The notes below the pieces were generated by a model that ran no database searches, was not told the origin of the DNA, and worked only from the letters and a program-made list of their open reading frames with translations. From positions 260 through 64,259 of the IMG/VR virus record IMGVR_UViG_3300030104_002782: 64,000 nucleotides of DNA; one strand, written 5' to 3'. Positions 39,276 to 48,837 of the stretch are shown piece by piece (position 1 is the first letter of the stretch; each line of letters begins with the position of its first letter). Made by a program: the position numbers and the translations under genes. This stretch comes from a virus. Taxonomy: Duplodnaviria; Caudoviricetes.

Positions 39276-39500
39276 TCACTCGTCAAGAGTGACATAAGCG
39301 TGTTTCTTTAGCATGTTAGCACACAACTTGCACATCTCCCTAGACTTAGGTTCACCATTTGCCTTGAGAGGATGGTCTGTGGAATGAGTACCAAAGGTAG
39401 GTAAACCTCTACATAGTAGGTAGGATTTACCTGTAACTCCTATGGGTACTGCATAATGCGATTTCTTGTTCCTAGAAGGGAATACCTTCTGTACTTTCAT
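39276..39500 (-). CDS. Small His/Cys zinc-binding protein
   Basis: H...LC...CKLC. Confidence 0.5.
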   Translation of the reverse strand: MKVQKVFPSRNKKSHYAVPIGVTGKSYLLCRGLPTFGTHSTDHPLKANGEPKSREMCKLCANMLKKHAYVTLDE

Positions 39501-39507
39501 TATGGTT

Positions 39508-40455
39508 TCACCCCCATTCTAGGAACGGGAGGCCAGACCACTCTACTTCTCCACCGGAGACTCGCAAAATAGTATGAGTTTCACCTAGATGCTTCTGATT
39601 CCAACCCTTCATTTCTTCGATAGTGGCTCTGATTTCCCATTCGCCATCTTTCATCTTAGGGTCGGCCTTGATTCCAGCCGCAATATCGCCTTTCTTAGTG
39701 TATCTTGCTAAGAATATCTGTTGCGAGAAAAGACGCATAGTACCCTTCTCCCAATCTGGTATCTCTCCGACCTTCATAAGACCTTTAGAGCCATTACCCA
39801 AATCTGCGAATTGCTTTACATCTTTTAGATGGAAAGTAAAGAATACTGCGTCTACAGGTAATTGATGCGCTCTGTTCATAACATCACGGAACAATTGATT
39901 GCGAATACGCCATTCTGCTTGATTAAATCTGTCTCCATCCTCTACATTGACAGGATTCTTACTGCGATTCATCAGAACATTAGTCATGGCTAATTCGCAC
40001 CACTTCAAGAACGAAGAACCGCCATCTACGATAACGGCCCCAATTTTGCCCTCTCTTGCTTCTTCACCTATCAACTTGATAAAGAACCCCATCTTATCAA
40101 TAAGAGCAGTCCAATTAGTAGTATTATCATCATCGAAGATGGAGGCATCTGTCTCATCGAACAGAGGGACTACACGGATATTATCATCATCCGGATAATT
40201 AAACGCAACGGTCTGCACCGCACTGTTGTCAATATCAATAATGACTATCTCTTTGTCAGTCCTAGCCCTTGCTATATCAATCGCAAGACCTGTCTTAGCG
40301 CAATTCTCCTTTGCTACTAGAGCCATCCTAATAGGATTATCGGATGGGCGACCACGAGAGTATAACTCTCTGTAGTGGTCTAGACCAAACTTTGCCGGTG
40401 GCTCTTTGCTATCCTCTTTTTTGTTACCCCATGCGCTCATATTACTCACTCCCAA
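39508..40455 (-). CDS. RecA-fold ATPase (Sak4/RadA-like)
   Basis: Degenerate Walker A AKENCAKT, IIDID, Walker B VIVDG. Confidence 0.7.
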   Translation of the reverse strand: MGVSNMSAWGNKKEDSKEPPAKFGLDHYRELYSRGRPSDNPIRMALVAKENCAKTGLAIDIARARTDKEIVIIDIDNSAVQTVAFNYPDDDNIRVVPLFDETDASIFDDDNTTNWTALIDKMGFFIKLIGEEAREGKIGAVIVDGGSSFLKWCELAMTNVLMNRSKNPVNVEDGDRFNQAEWRIRNQLFRDVMNRAHQLPVDAVFFTFHLKDVKQFADLGNGSKGLMKVGEIPDWEKGTMRLFSQQIFLARYTKKGDIAAGIKADPKMKDGEWEIRATIEEMKGWNQKHLGETHTILRVSGGEVEWSGLPFLEWG

Positions 40456-41687
40456 TCGTCAGATGCGCCCTCCCCCTCGGACTCATCATCCAAGGAGGGG
40501 GAACCTACTTCTTCGACACAGTACCATCCGGTTACTGCTAGCCTACCGTCACCTTCACGGCCCACATAAGGAGAGCCGACAACAACAACTACTGAACCAA
40601 CACCGAAGGTCACTTTAGAATCCTCTTCTGCGTTTACATACAGGTCAAGAGGAGGAGATATTGAAGTGATGTCTAAATCCGACAGAGTCAAGATATAGCC
40701 ACCCTTTTCACGAGGGTCAATATGTGCGACTTCCATAACAACACATGCTAGAGCATCCCACTTCTCTTTATCAGAGAGAGTACCACAGTGTTCTTCTATG
40801 AAGTCTAGACCATCTAAGATAGGCAAGTTTGGCAAGTCTGCGATTAGACCTGTACCATCAGCCGCCAATGGAGGCTTCTCAAACATGCTAGCGAGACTTG
40901 CATCTAGAGTATATTGCGATACACCTTTCTTTGCGTAGCCTACTCCGTTCTTAGACAGATTCATAGGTATTCGCAAAGGAGAGAATGTAGGGTAGCCTAC
41001 TTTAGCCAAATCTCCTCTAAACTTCATAGGTATAACTCTAACTGCACCGCTTTCGCCCTGCTCTTTACCTAAGAAAAGACAGGTCTTTTCAAGGTCTTGG
41101 GTAGCACGAGCCTTTCCATAAGAGAAGTTAGTAGTACCCGAAGGGTAGGTAGGTGAAGTCTTGTTTTCGATACATACGAAGTAACCAGAGCCGTCACCGA
41201 TTTCAGTCGCTTGTTTAGGCAGAGTCTCGCCCTGCATCTCTGCGAATCCAGCCTCAAATACTGCCTTGTTAGTCAGACTTGGGTTGTGAATAATTCGATA
41301 TTGACCTGTTGTATCATCATGTAGGTACAAAGTAACTAGACCTTGCGCTACTAGATTATTGCGACCCTCTTCTGCTAGGGGTTGAAGCAACTTCTGATAC
41401 TTTGTGTAGAATACTTTGCCCCAATCTTTGTATCGAGGGCTACTGATGAACATACCTTCAAGGTTCGTGCATCCACTACGGGATAACCTTGCTTTTTCTG
41501 CTCTCATTTCTGCTGCCGCCATTCTAAGCGTTTTATTCTCGACCTCTGCCTCTGCGACCCCTGCCGCAACTAGGGATGCTGCATGAGCATCCTTGGCCTT
41601 TGTGTGTCGTGCGAGTAATTCACTTACTGAACAACCCACATTCTTTGCTACTCTCTCGTACATATCAGTGCTAATCATCTTATCCAC
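40446..41687 (-). CDS. Putative ssDNA-binding protein (RPA/OB-fold)
   Basis: OB-like strands (YILTLSD, GSVVVVVG) and an acidic tail, next to the recombinase and RFC. Confidence 0.55.
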   Translation of the reverse strand: MDKMISTDMYERVAKNVGCSVSELLARHTKAKDAHAASLVAAGVAEAEVENKTLRMAAAEMRAEKARLSRSGCTNLEGMFISSPRYKDWGKVFYTKYQKLLQPLAEEGRNNLVAQGLVTLYLHDDTTGQYRIIHNPSLTNKAVFEAGFAEMQGETLPKQATEIGDGSGYFVCIENKTSPTYPSGTTNFSYGKARATQDLEKTCLFLGKEQGESGAVRVIPMKFRGDLAKVGYPTFSPLRIPMNLSKNGVGYAKKGVSQYTLDASLASMFEKPPLAADGTGLIADLPNLPILDGLDFIEEHCGTLSDKEKWDALACVVMEVAHIDPREKGGYILTLSDLDITSISPPLDLYVNAEEDSKVTFGVGSVVVVVGSPYVGREGDGRLAVTGWYCVEEVGSPSLDDESEGEGASDDWE

Positions 41688-41718
41688 TCCGTTTCATATT
41701 GTCCTTAGTCCTATGTCC

Positions 41719-42633
41719 CTATAAATCCCTCGCAGCCAACATACGGCAGTAATCCCAACGGACAATTGTCTCGTCACAACCTTGCAGTAGGTCTCTTTCG
41801 CTGATAATAGAGGACTCGATAATACGCATTTTACCTTCTGCCGATGCGTCTGAATTAACGGCATATTCTAAGGTCTCACGGATGATAATACGCATAGGCA
41901 TATCCTTTATCATCTTGTAGCCGACCTCGACACTTCTTTCTTTTGCACATACACGCAAGAAGGATTTGGGATTGAAATCGCCAATATCTAGAGATAGAAT
42001 GAATCTATCCCTATCGGCAACCCCTTGCATTGTTGCGTATGCTTGTAGACAACCTAGAGCATTTCTCAAATCGCCTTTGTGTCTACTAGCAATCGCATGT
42101 AAATGCGACTCTGGTATGAATAGATGTTCTGCCGAAGCAACTCTCTGTAATCGGTTTATCACAGAATTACGGGGAATAGGTTTGAAATGTCGCAACTGAC
42201 ATCTAGATTGTAGCCAAGGGGAGACCTTGCTCAAATCATTACATGTGAGTATGAAGAAACAGGTTGCGTTTTCGATAACACCTTTGAGAGCGTCTTGCGC
42301 TTGAATAGTAAGTCGGTCTGCCTCATCAAGAAGAATGATTGTTTCCCACATGCCACTCTGCGATAGAGGAATAATATCTTCTTCTATGAAGTCAATACCT
42401 CTCGTTCTTTTGCTAGAAGCATTGAATATATGTAGAGCGTAGTCCATCTGATGTGCAAGAGCATACGCAACCGTAGTCTTGCCTGTCCCAGCCTCTACGC
42501 TATGGAAAAGGAAATGATTCATAGGGTTTTTGCCATTTGCGATATTTCGCATCTCTTCGGTAATCAAATCCTGTCCTACGATTTCGGCAAAGTCTGTTGG
42601 CCGATACTTTTCAAACCATACAGGGGAAGTCAT
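41719..42633 (-). CDS. rfcS: Replication factor C small subunit (clamp loader)
   Basis: WFEKYRP, GTGKTT, NAS..RGID, LDEADRL, SRC, GDLR. Confidence 0.93.
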   Translation of the reverse strand: MTSPVWFEKYRPTDFAEIVGQDLITEEMRNIANGKNPMNHFLFHSVEAGTGKTTVAYALAHQMDYALHIFNASSKRTRGIDFIEEDIIPLSQSGMWETIILLDEADRLTIQAQDALKGVIENATCFFILTCNDLSKVSPWLQSRCQLRHFKPIPRNSVINRLQRVASAEHLFIPESHLHAIASRHKGDLRNALGCLQAYATMQGVADRDRFILSLDIGDFNPKSFLRVCAKERSVEVGYKMIKDMPMRIIIRETLEYAVNSDASAEGKMRIIESSIISERDLLQGCDETIVRWDYCRMLAARDL

Positions 42634-42830
42634 TGTACGGCCTCCTTCATATCTCTATTGTAAATAGCAATCATGTCTTTGTCAAATGCGTCTTGGCATT
42701 CCGCACATAGACTGTAAGAAGAAGTCGCAATCGCATCATCACATGCTTTGCACATCTCAATACCCTGCTTTTTCAAAAACGGCTTAACCAGCCTCTTAAC
42801 AATAAACTTTCTCATGTCATATGCCCCCAT
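42630..42830 (-). CDS. Small zinc-finger protein
   Basis: CKAC and CAEC pairs. Confidence 0.55.
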   Translation of the reverse strand: MGAYDMRKFIVKRLVKPFLKKQGIEMCKACDDAIATSSYSLCAECQDAFDKDMIAIYNRDMKEAVQ

Positions 42831-43417
42831 GTCTCTAGATAATCTTCTACTATCGGTGCTAATCTTTTGAGCATACCGTAGGGACTCATACCCGAAGTAT
42901 CAAAGTCTACGGATTGATGAACAAAAGCACTTCTGCGAAGCAAATCATCTACGCCTTTCAACTGCTCACTACTATGCTCTAAATTAATCGCACCTCTAGA
43001 AATGAGAACCTGCTCATTAGCATGTAGGCGAATAATAAGTCCTCCATTATCGAGAATATGTTTGGCTTCGTTTTCATGTCTGACATCGTCAATAATAGCA
43101 TACTCTATACCTTTGCTATCTGCGTACTCCTGTAGCCTATTGACCCAATAATCCTCATTACGCAAGTCCCTTCTACCTTGACCCCACGCCTGTAAAATAG
43201 GTCTAGTGAGGGTCTTATCTTGCTGTTCTAACATATCCCAGAGATAGCGAGCATCAACTTTCCTCTTGGGGTAGAAGAATGCTTGCGCTACCTCCATCCT
43301 AAGACTCTCTGCAAAGGACAGGATAGGTAACTCAAATGTTTGCGATAACTGCGAAGCAAGTGAAGATTTACCAGACTTCATGTTTCCGCATATGCCTATG
43401 TATAATGTCATAGCCAA
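42812..43417 (-). CDS. Deoxynucleoside monophosphate kinase
   Basis: GNMKSGKS, SFAESLR, R..LQ.WG, DDVRHENE, HSSE. Confidence 0.85.
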   Translation of the reverse strand: MAMTLYIGICGNMKSGKSSLASQLSQTFELPILSFAESLRMEVAQAFFYPKRKVDARYLWDMLEQQDKTLTRPILQAWGQGRRDLRNEDYWVNRLQEYADSKGIEYAIIDDVRHENEAKHILDNGGLIIRLHANEQVLISRGAINLEHSSEQLKGVDDLLRRSAFVHQSVDFDTSGMSPYGMLKRLAPIVEDYLETWGHMT

Positions 43418-43677
43418 CCCTCCATGCGTCGGGAGGAGGAGTCGGAACGCTTTGCGCTTGCTTCACCTTCTCCACCCCCCTTAGCGGAGGCAACATCAAC
43501 CATACCTTCTATTTCCCCTTCTTTGAAGCATCGGGGGCATAAAGGTAGTGAAAGGGCTTGTTCGTCTGTGATGCCTCCCCTGTCCTCGACAGGCGCACCA
43601 CATGAGTAAGTATCTTGACCGCTATAGCGGCTAATTACATTTTTGTGTAACAACCAATCCTTCTTGAGTCTCACCAT
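43408..43677 (-). CDS. Small zinc-binding protein
   Basis: H...CG...CPRC; start at MVRLKK supported by a promoter motif 21 nt upstream. Confidence 0.55.
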   Translation of the reverse strand: MVRLKKDWLLHKNVISRYSGQDTYSCGAPVEDRGGITDEQALSLPLCPRCFKEGEIEGMVDVASAKGGGEGEASAKRSDSSSRRMEGWL

Positions 43678-43703
43678 ATACCGTCTTAGGTTCGATGTCC
43701 TTA

Positions 43704-44120
43704 TCAATCAAGCGGTCTCCTCTGACATATCAGACACTCATCCCACTCGTGGTCTCCCATATATCTCATTTGTTTGCATGTAGGACATCTCTTAGCACGA
43801 CTCTTCTGCGTCTTAGTCATTGTGGAATAAGGTCTAGTGTATAGCAAATCTTCTCTACAATGTATGATTTCTTCGTCAATCGCATACACTGAATTATTTG
43901 TCATAGTCCCATCCCCGACATCAACTTTAGTCGTGCCGGTCTGTATAATCTGAATGTTCTTTGCTAACATAGCCGATAGGCTTGCGTCAGAAGGCATAAC
44001 TCTAAAATTACCTTCACCTAGTAGGATGCTGGCTACAGCAGACCTAGTCATTGGGCCTCTGTCAAAAAGGATTTCTGCTACCCTCCTTCTAATGCGAGCA
44101 TTCGCATTATTCTTCGCCAT
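43704..44120 (-). CDS. Winged-helix protein with C-terminal zinc finger
   Basis: IL...GPMT HTH start; CPTC and CLIC. Confidence 0.6.
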   Translation of the reverse strand: MAKNNANARIRRRVAEILFDRGPMTRSAVASILLGEGNFRVMPSDASLSAMLAKNIQIIQTGTTKVDVGDGTMTNNSVYAIDEEIIHCREDLLYTRPYSTMTKTQKSRAKRCPTCKQMRYMGDHEWDECLICQRRPLD

Positions 44121-44334
44121 ATTACAAGCCTGTAGGCGGTGCTATTTAACTACTCCTCTAAACCACCAATGTAGGCAACACCTAATTCGGTTTTAGCGAC
44201 AGGGCCACCCTTGTCATAAGGAGTAAGTCTGCTAGTTGTTGCGAATAGTATTCTTAGAACACTATAGGTTAGTGGTTTCAGAAAGGGGTGCATCATGCAA
44301 TACATCCACATGAGGCAACCGCAACCATATACAG

Positions 44335-44982
44335 TCAGAGCCAATCTACCACTCCCTGCTTTCTTTTCTTCATACCTTTAGGTAATTCATCACATGTACT
44401 GCGAATCATGTTTGCTACTTTCCCATCTTGGATTATCATATCAGTATACAAATCGCTTTCTCGGAAACCTTGTATCTGCGACTCTTCTTTCCCTTTCTTC
44501 TTCGGAAAGGCAGGTCTACCAGAGATAGGTTTAGTTGCGAAACAAATCGCTGCTTGCTGCCACTCTTCGGGACACCAACGAAAGGACTTTGCTAAAAGCC
44601 TGTATAGATTTATGTCTCTGACATTTTCTTTTAGGAATGATAACATGAGAGGAACAGGTACTCTAGACATACTAGACCATACCCTATTCCTATCCGACCA
44701 ACGGAGACTTGCTTGAATCGCAGGTATGTAATCGGACTTCTTTCTTTTCATAGTCTTATCGTAGATAACTCTGGTATCTTTGATGTCCGGTGCTTTATCG
44801 CAGACCCATACCATGCGATATGAAATAAGGTCAAGCCAGCCCATACATTCTTCTTTAGAAGGTCTCTTCTCATGTACTATGACAGTGAGACCGTCAGACG
44901 GAGATGATACAACGCCTTTACCTTCGACATAGTCACCTTCACGGTATGCTTGAGCATCACGCGTAAAAATGAGCATCCCCAT
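44335..44982 (-). CDS. Hypothetical protein, possibly a degenerate clamp-loader large subunit
   Basis: No Walker motifs; C-terminal KKRKQGVVDWL resembles a PIP box. Confidence 0.4.
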   Translation of the reverse strand: MGMLIFTRDAQAYREGDYVEGKGVVSSPSDGLTVIVHEKRPSKEECMGWLDLISYRMVWVCDKAPDIKDTRVIYDKTMKRKKSDYIPAIQASLRWSDRNRVWSSMSRVPVPLMLSFLKENVRDINLYRLLAKSFRWCPEEWQQAAICFATKPISGRPAFPKKKGKEESQIQGFRESDLYTDMIIQDGKVANMIRSTCDELPKGMKKRKQGVVDWL

Positions 44983-45235
44983 CGTAGTCACCCGTCTTAG
45001 CAAACTCTTTAACTCCACTTGAGTTAAGGCGCATATCCAATACGCCCCTGCTAGCCATTATTCGCAAGTACCTAGATACAGAGTATACATTGATACTGCA
45101 CGACCTCTGCGGGAGAGAGTCAATTGCTTTAGGTAGCAATTGGTCGGCAGTAAACCATTCGGATATGTCCCAATCCATTACTGCGGCTCTCACGGCTACG
45201 CCACGATACTTCTTACTCATTGTGAAACCTCCCAT
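44957..45235 (-). CDS. Putative winged-helix protein
   Basis: WFTADQL...VSRYLR.M..RGVL. Confidence 0.55.
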   Translation of the reverse strand: MGGFTMSKKYRGVAVRAAVMDWDISEWFTADQLLPKAIDSLPQRSCSINVYSVSRYLRIMASRGVLDMRLNSSGVKEFAKTGDYDGDAHFYA

Positions 45236-45567
45236 TCGGTATCTACTTCTTTGTGAATCATATCAAGAACCTCTAGCCATTCCCAAAACTCTTGCTCATC
45301 ACTTCTGTTCTCAAGCATCTCTCTGAACCTATCAAACGCAAGTGCCTTGCGTTCAAACTCTTTGAGCATATCCAATGTGTCTTGATATGTATATGGTTTT
45401 CGCTCATCCATGTTTATGTTACCCCAGCACATGTGCGATATTTCCTCTATCAATTCCTGTGATTCGGGAACGCTGAATCTGTCGTCAAACTCAATCATTC
45501 CTATTCGGCTAAAATCTTCATTATCATATTTTCTCATCAATATACCCCCTTTAGGAACAAGTAGCAA
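45217..45567 (-). CDS. Acidic hypothetical protein
   Basis: Coupled ORF in the minus-strand operon. Confidence 0.55.
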   Translation of the reverse strand: MLLVPKGGILMRKYDNEDFSRIGMIEFDDRFSVPESQELIEEISHMCWGNINMDERKPYTYQDTLDMLKEFERKALAFDRFREMLENRSDEQEFWEWLEVLDMIHKEVDTEWEVSQ

Positions 45568-45646
45568 TCTTCACATATAGGCTCGTCGGTGTGCCATTTC
45601 ATATCTTCCATCTCACACCATTCCCCGCACTCTGAACATTCCATTA

Positions 45647-45925
45647 CTACTCCTCCTCTAACATAACCATAAACGGGTCGCTCCTATAAACCCATCGTTC
45701 AAAAGAGGATAATTGCGCCCTACTAAGACTCCAAATCTCACGGACACACGACTTCGTTACGGGGTAGCGGCCAGCATACCACTGTATACCCTCCGATGTA
45801 AGCAAAGCCAAAAGTCCATCGTTAAGCATATTTCTAGCAATAATAGGATATTCTTCACTAGGTATGGTTCTAGTAACTAGCATCTTGAAACTTTTGCGCC
45901 ACTTAACTTTCTCTCCGGCTTTCAT
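45647..45925 (-). CDS. Hypothetical protein
   Basis: GGAGGT RBS. Confidence 0.6.
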   Translation of the reverse strand: MKAGEKVKWRKSFKMLVTRTIPSEEYPIIARNMLNDGLLALLTSEGIQWYAGRYPVTKSCVREIWSLSRAQLSSFERWVYRSDPFMVMLEEE

Positions 45926-46373
45926 AGTATAACCTCCATACCGTCTGATTCAGTCTCTCGTTCTTTACTTCGCAGACCGAGCAGAACCTCTTAGTCCTAT
46001 CAGTCTTTTCCGCTTTGCATCCTATAGTCAAGCATCTTCTACCCATACTTTCACCCCTAGACAATAATCGCAAACTCGCTGAGTTTTCGTTATTGGGTTT
46101 TGTTTTACCGTATATTTGCTAATACATACATGATGCTCACACTTCTTGCAGTATCGCGATACTACACCTCTCGGCCTAATCGAATACTTGCGAGGCCCGT
46201 ACTTCATTTTACCACCCTCATATACCCGCAGTATATCTTGCGACCATCTACATATCTATGATGCGTATTGTATCTAGCGTTAGTGGAGAAGCCGCATTCG
46301 TTACATCTTCTCAATGCCTGTCTACGAACACTATAGCCCAGACTATGTCTGCCGCCATTGTAAGATACACCCA

Positions 46374-47003
46374 TCAGACCTCCTCCCACTGTCCTTCTTG
46401 TATGTATGTGGGAGTTTTCATAGCCGCTACCCTCAATTCAATTTGGTTTAGCAAACTAGGCTCTGCTCTAAGAACATCCACTAGTATACCCATGACACCA
46501 TTGACTTGTTGATTAGCAAGTAACAATTGCGAATCAACACCAATCTCTTTCTTCAGAGTACCTATTAACTTGAGGGAAGAATTAGCCTGTCCGATTAGAC
46601 GAGTAGCATTAGCAAGCCACTCCCCATCTATACCGTCAGCATTCTTTACTGCCTCCCATTCATCCAGCCACGAGTTTATGCGACTGAATACATCTTCTGC
46701 CATATCAAGCGTAGTGATTGCCTCTCTGCGAGTCTCCTCTACTTCTTTCGCCTCTTGCGGGTCGTAGGTCATATGTTCTTGCATATGTTCTTCGACTATA
46801 CCTGTGGGCCAACCATTCTTGATTTCTAAATATGACGGAGTCATATTACCATTGAAAACTTGAATCTCTAAATCCCTCACTTGGGGATGATTGCACATGG
46901 GACATTCGGGAGATTCTAGAACCCATTTCAGAGTCTCTATGACATTCGGATTTTCTTCTATCGCAATTCTCTGCTCGATTAACCATTTACTCTTCATCAG
47001 CAA
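46374..47003 (-). CDS. Zinc-binding HTH and coiled-coil protein, candidate terminase small subunit
   Basis: CPMCNHP...H...H followed by long helices. Confidence 0.45.
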   Translation of the reverse strand: MLMKSKWLIEQRIAIEENPNVIETLKWVLESPECPMCNHPQVRDLEIQVFNGNMTPSYLEIKNGWPTGIVEEHMQEHMTYDPQEAKEVEETRREAITTLDMAEDVFSRINSWLDEWEAVKNADGIDGEWLANATRLIGQANSSLKLIGTLKKEIGVDSQLLLANQQVNGVMGILVDVLRAEPSLLNQIELRVAAMKTPTYIQEGQWEEV

Positions 47004-47244
47004 TCCCCCACTCCACTACTTCATATCTACTAGTGGTTCCTCTGACCTGTACCTTTTTCCGGTTGAATCTCCTATCAATACGCATCCAACTGAATACATG
47101 ACTTGCGTTTCTAGGTGCGCCTCGTATGAAGGTTCTACCATCTCGATTCTTGACACTAAGCAACAACTCACTAGAAGTCGCACGACCATTCCTCTTTAGG
47201 TAATCATAAGCCCTGTTACGCCAGCGAATACCTCTAGACCTCAT
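46987..47244 (-). CDS. Winged-helix protein (paralog A)
   Basis: EL...VK.RDGR....AP......D.RF shared with the next ORF. Confidence 0.65.
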   Translation of the reverse strand: MRSRGIRWRNRAYDYLKRNGRATSSELLLSVKNRDGRTFIRGAPRNASHVFSWMRIDRRFNRKKVQVRGTTSRYEVVEWGIADEE

Positions 47245-47534
47245 TCTCCCACCTTCTTTGCTATGAAATGCGCTCTAGGATAATTGCTACCCTGCATACC
47301 CATGACGGGTTTATCGCCTACATATTGAAACCTATCATCCCTCTTTAGGACTTGCGTTACGGCTCTATTCGATGGTGCGTTTTCCCAAGGTCTACCATCC
47401 CTAGTCTTTACTTTCATAATCAATTCAACTCCGCTTACGGATTCACCATTTTCTTCTAAAAACTTTAGGCAAGCCCTTTTCCAATTTCCATATCTCGTTC
47501 TCTGACTTCTAGATTTTCTACCCATATCATACAC
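47241..47534 (-). CDS. Winged-helix protein (paralog B)
   Basis: ELIMKVKTRDGRPWENAP...DDRF. Confidence 0.65.
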   Translation of the reverse strand: MYDMGRKSRSQRTRYGNWKRACLKFLEENGESVSGVELIMKVKTRDGRPWENAPSNRAVTQVLKRDDRFQYVGDKPVMGMQGSNYPRAHFIAKKVGE

Positions 47535-48837
47535 CCCATTTCATAGTCTCGTTCTCATCCGGCAGACCAAACCTACATATCACGCCTCTGCGACCCCTAC
47601 CTTCTTTGCGAGGAGTAAACTCACTGAACCATGCTTGGCCTTTAAGATTGTCGTCAATCCATCTCTTAGCCGCTTGATAATCATTATTTGTGATAAGGCG
47701 TGTAATGTCCTTGACAAGCGTAGACCTAGGGACATCTTTATCCCAAAATGTCGTCTTGACTAATCGAATATCTTCATCCATGACATCTCTACGCATCTTC
47801 AAAGAAGATTCTAGTAAATCTAGCAAATCATCATCCATCTCAACTTGAATGATGCCGCCAGACCATTCATCCTCACGCATCATGTGATAGCCAATAGCAA
47901 GTCTGCGAAACAAATCACTTTCAAAAGAACGGACTGATTCTTTCATTACCCATTCTTCAAAGTCTTTGCTAAACTTAACTCCCGTAGGGGGATTAAGGAC
48001 TACAGACATCTGCCTGTCTATGAACCATGCTCTCAAATCAAGTATCTCGCCAGCGAGGAATGCTCTCTCCTCCGGAGTCATGCTAGCCTGTCTGTTCTGC
48101 GCCTCTTTGTATAGACGCTCTTTATCAGCATCCATGCCAATGTCAATGATGAAGAACCTACGGTCAAGACCGGACTCCAAATCCATACGGCCATGTTGCG
48201 TACCGCCCCATACAGTGTATCGAGTATTGTATCGCACCCATCCATCCCTCATACCTTTATTGACTCTGCCAGAGTCGAGGGATGTTAGCAACTGATTCTT
48301 CATATCAATACTATGGTCTTTCTTATTCGCATCACTGACTGACGAAAACTCTTCAAAACAGAGGAATCCACCGCAAGTCTCTCTTGCGAGTGGCCTACCT
48401 ACAATCTCGCCATCATCATTCACAGACCCGAACATACCTGCCTCGGTAATCGAGTTAGGCCCGACCATTGTGCGAAAACCAATGCCGGAGAATCCTTGAG
48501 GATTCCATAGCACACCTGTATGTTCTGCACAGAACAAGTCTAGCAAAACATTCTTTCCGGAACCTTTAGCACCACGCATAAGTATGTTGATGCGAGTATC
48601 TGCTATGCGAGAAGATGGTGTGTATATGGGATAATTGGTGTGTCTCAAAGGACAATCATCAATCGTGAATCTGCGACTGTCGTCACCATCTCTAGGTGCG
48701 AAATCGCACATGCTACATTTATTCACTGTATTGAATAAGTGACCCCCTATGCTACATAGGAATATAGGTACTTTGTCTGCCACATCTATAATGTGATTCT
48801 TGTCACAGAAGTCTAACATTCTCTTGAATATACTCAA
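47527..48837 (-). CDS. mcm: MCM-like replicative helicase (AAA+ core)
   Basis: INILMRGAKGSGKN, SITEAGM.G, GG.LCFEEF, LDRRF. Confidence 0.82.
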   Translation of the reverse strand: MSIFKRMLDFCDKNHIIDVADKVPIFLCSIGGHLFNTVNKCSMCDFAPRDGDDSRRFTIDDCPLRHTNYPIYTPSSRIADTRINILMRGAKGSGKNVLLDLFCAEHTGVLWNPQGFSGIGFRTMVGPNSITEAGMFGSVNDDGEIVGRPLARETCGGFLCFEEFSSVSDANKKDHSIDMKNQLLTSLDSGRVNKGMRDGWVRYNTRYTVWGGTQHGRMDLESGLDRRFFIIDIGMDADKERLYKEAQNRQASMTPEERAFLAGEILDLRAWFIDRQMSVVLNPPTGVKFSKDFEEWVMKESVRSFESDLFRRLAIGYHMMREDEWSGGIIQVEMDDDLLDLLESSLKMRRDVMDEDIRLVKTTFWDKDVPRSTLVKDITRLITNNDYQAAKRWIDDNLKGQAWFSEFTPRKEGRGRRGVICRFGLPDENETMKWGV

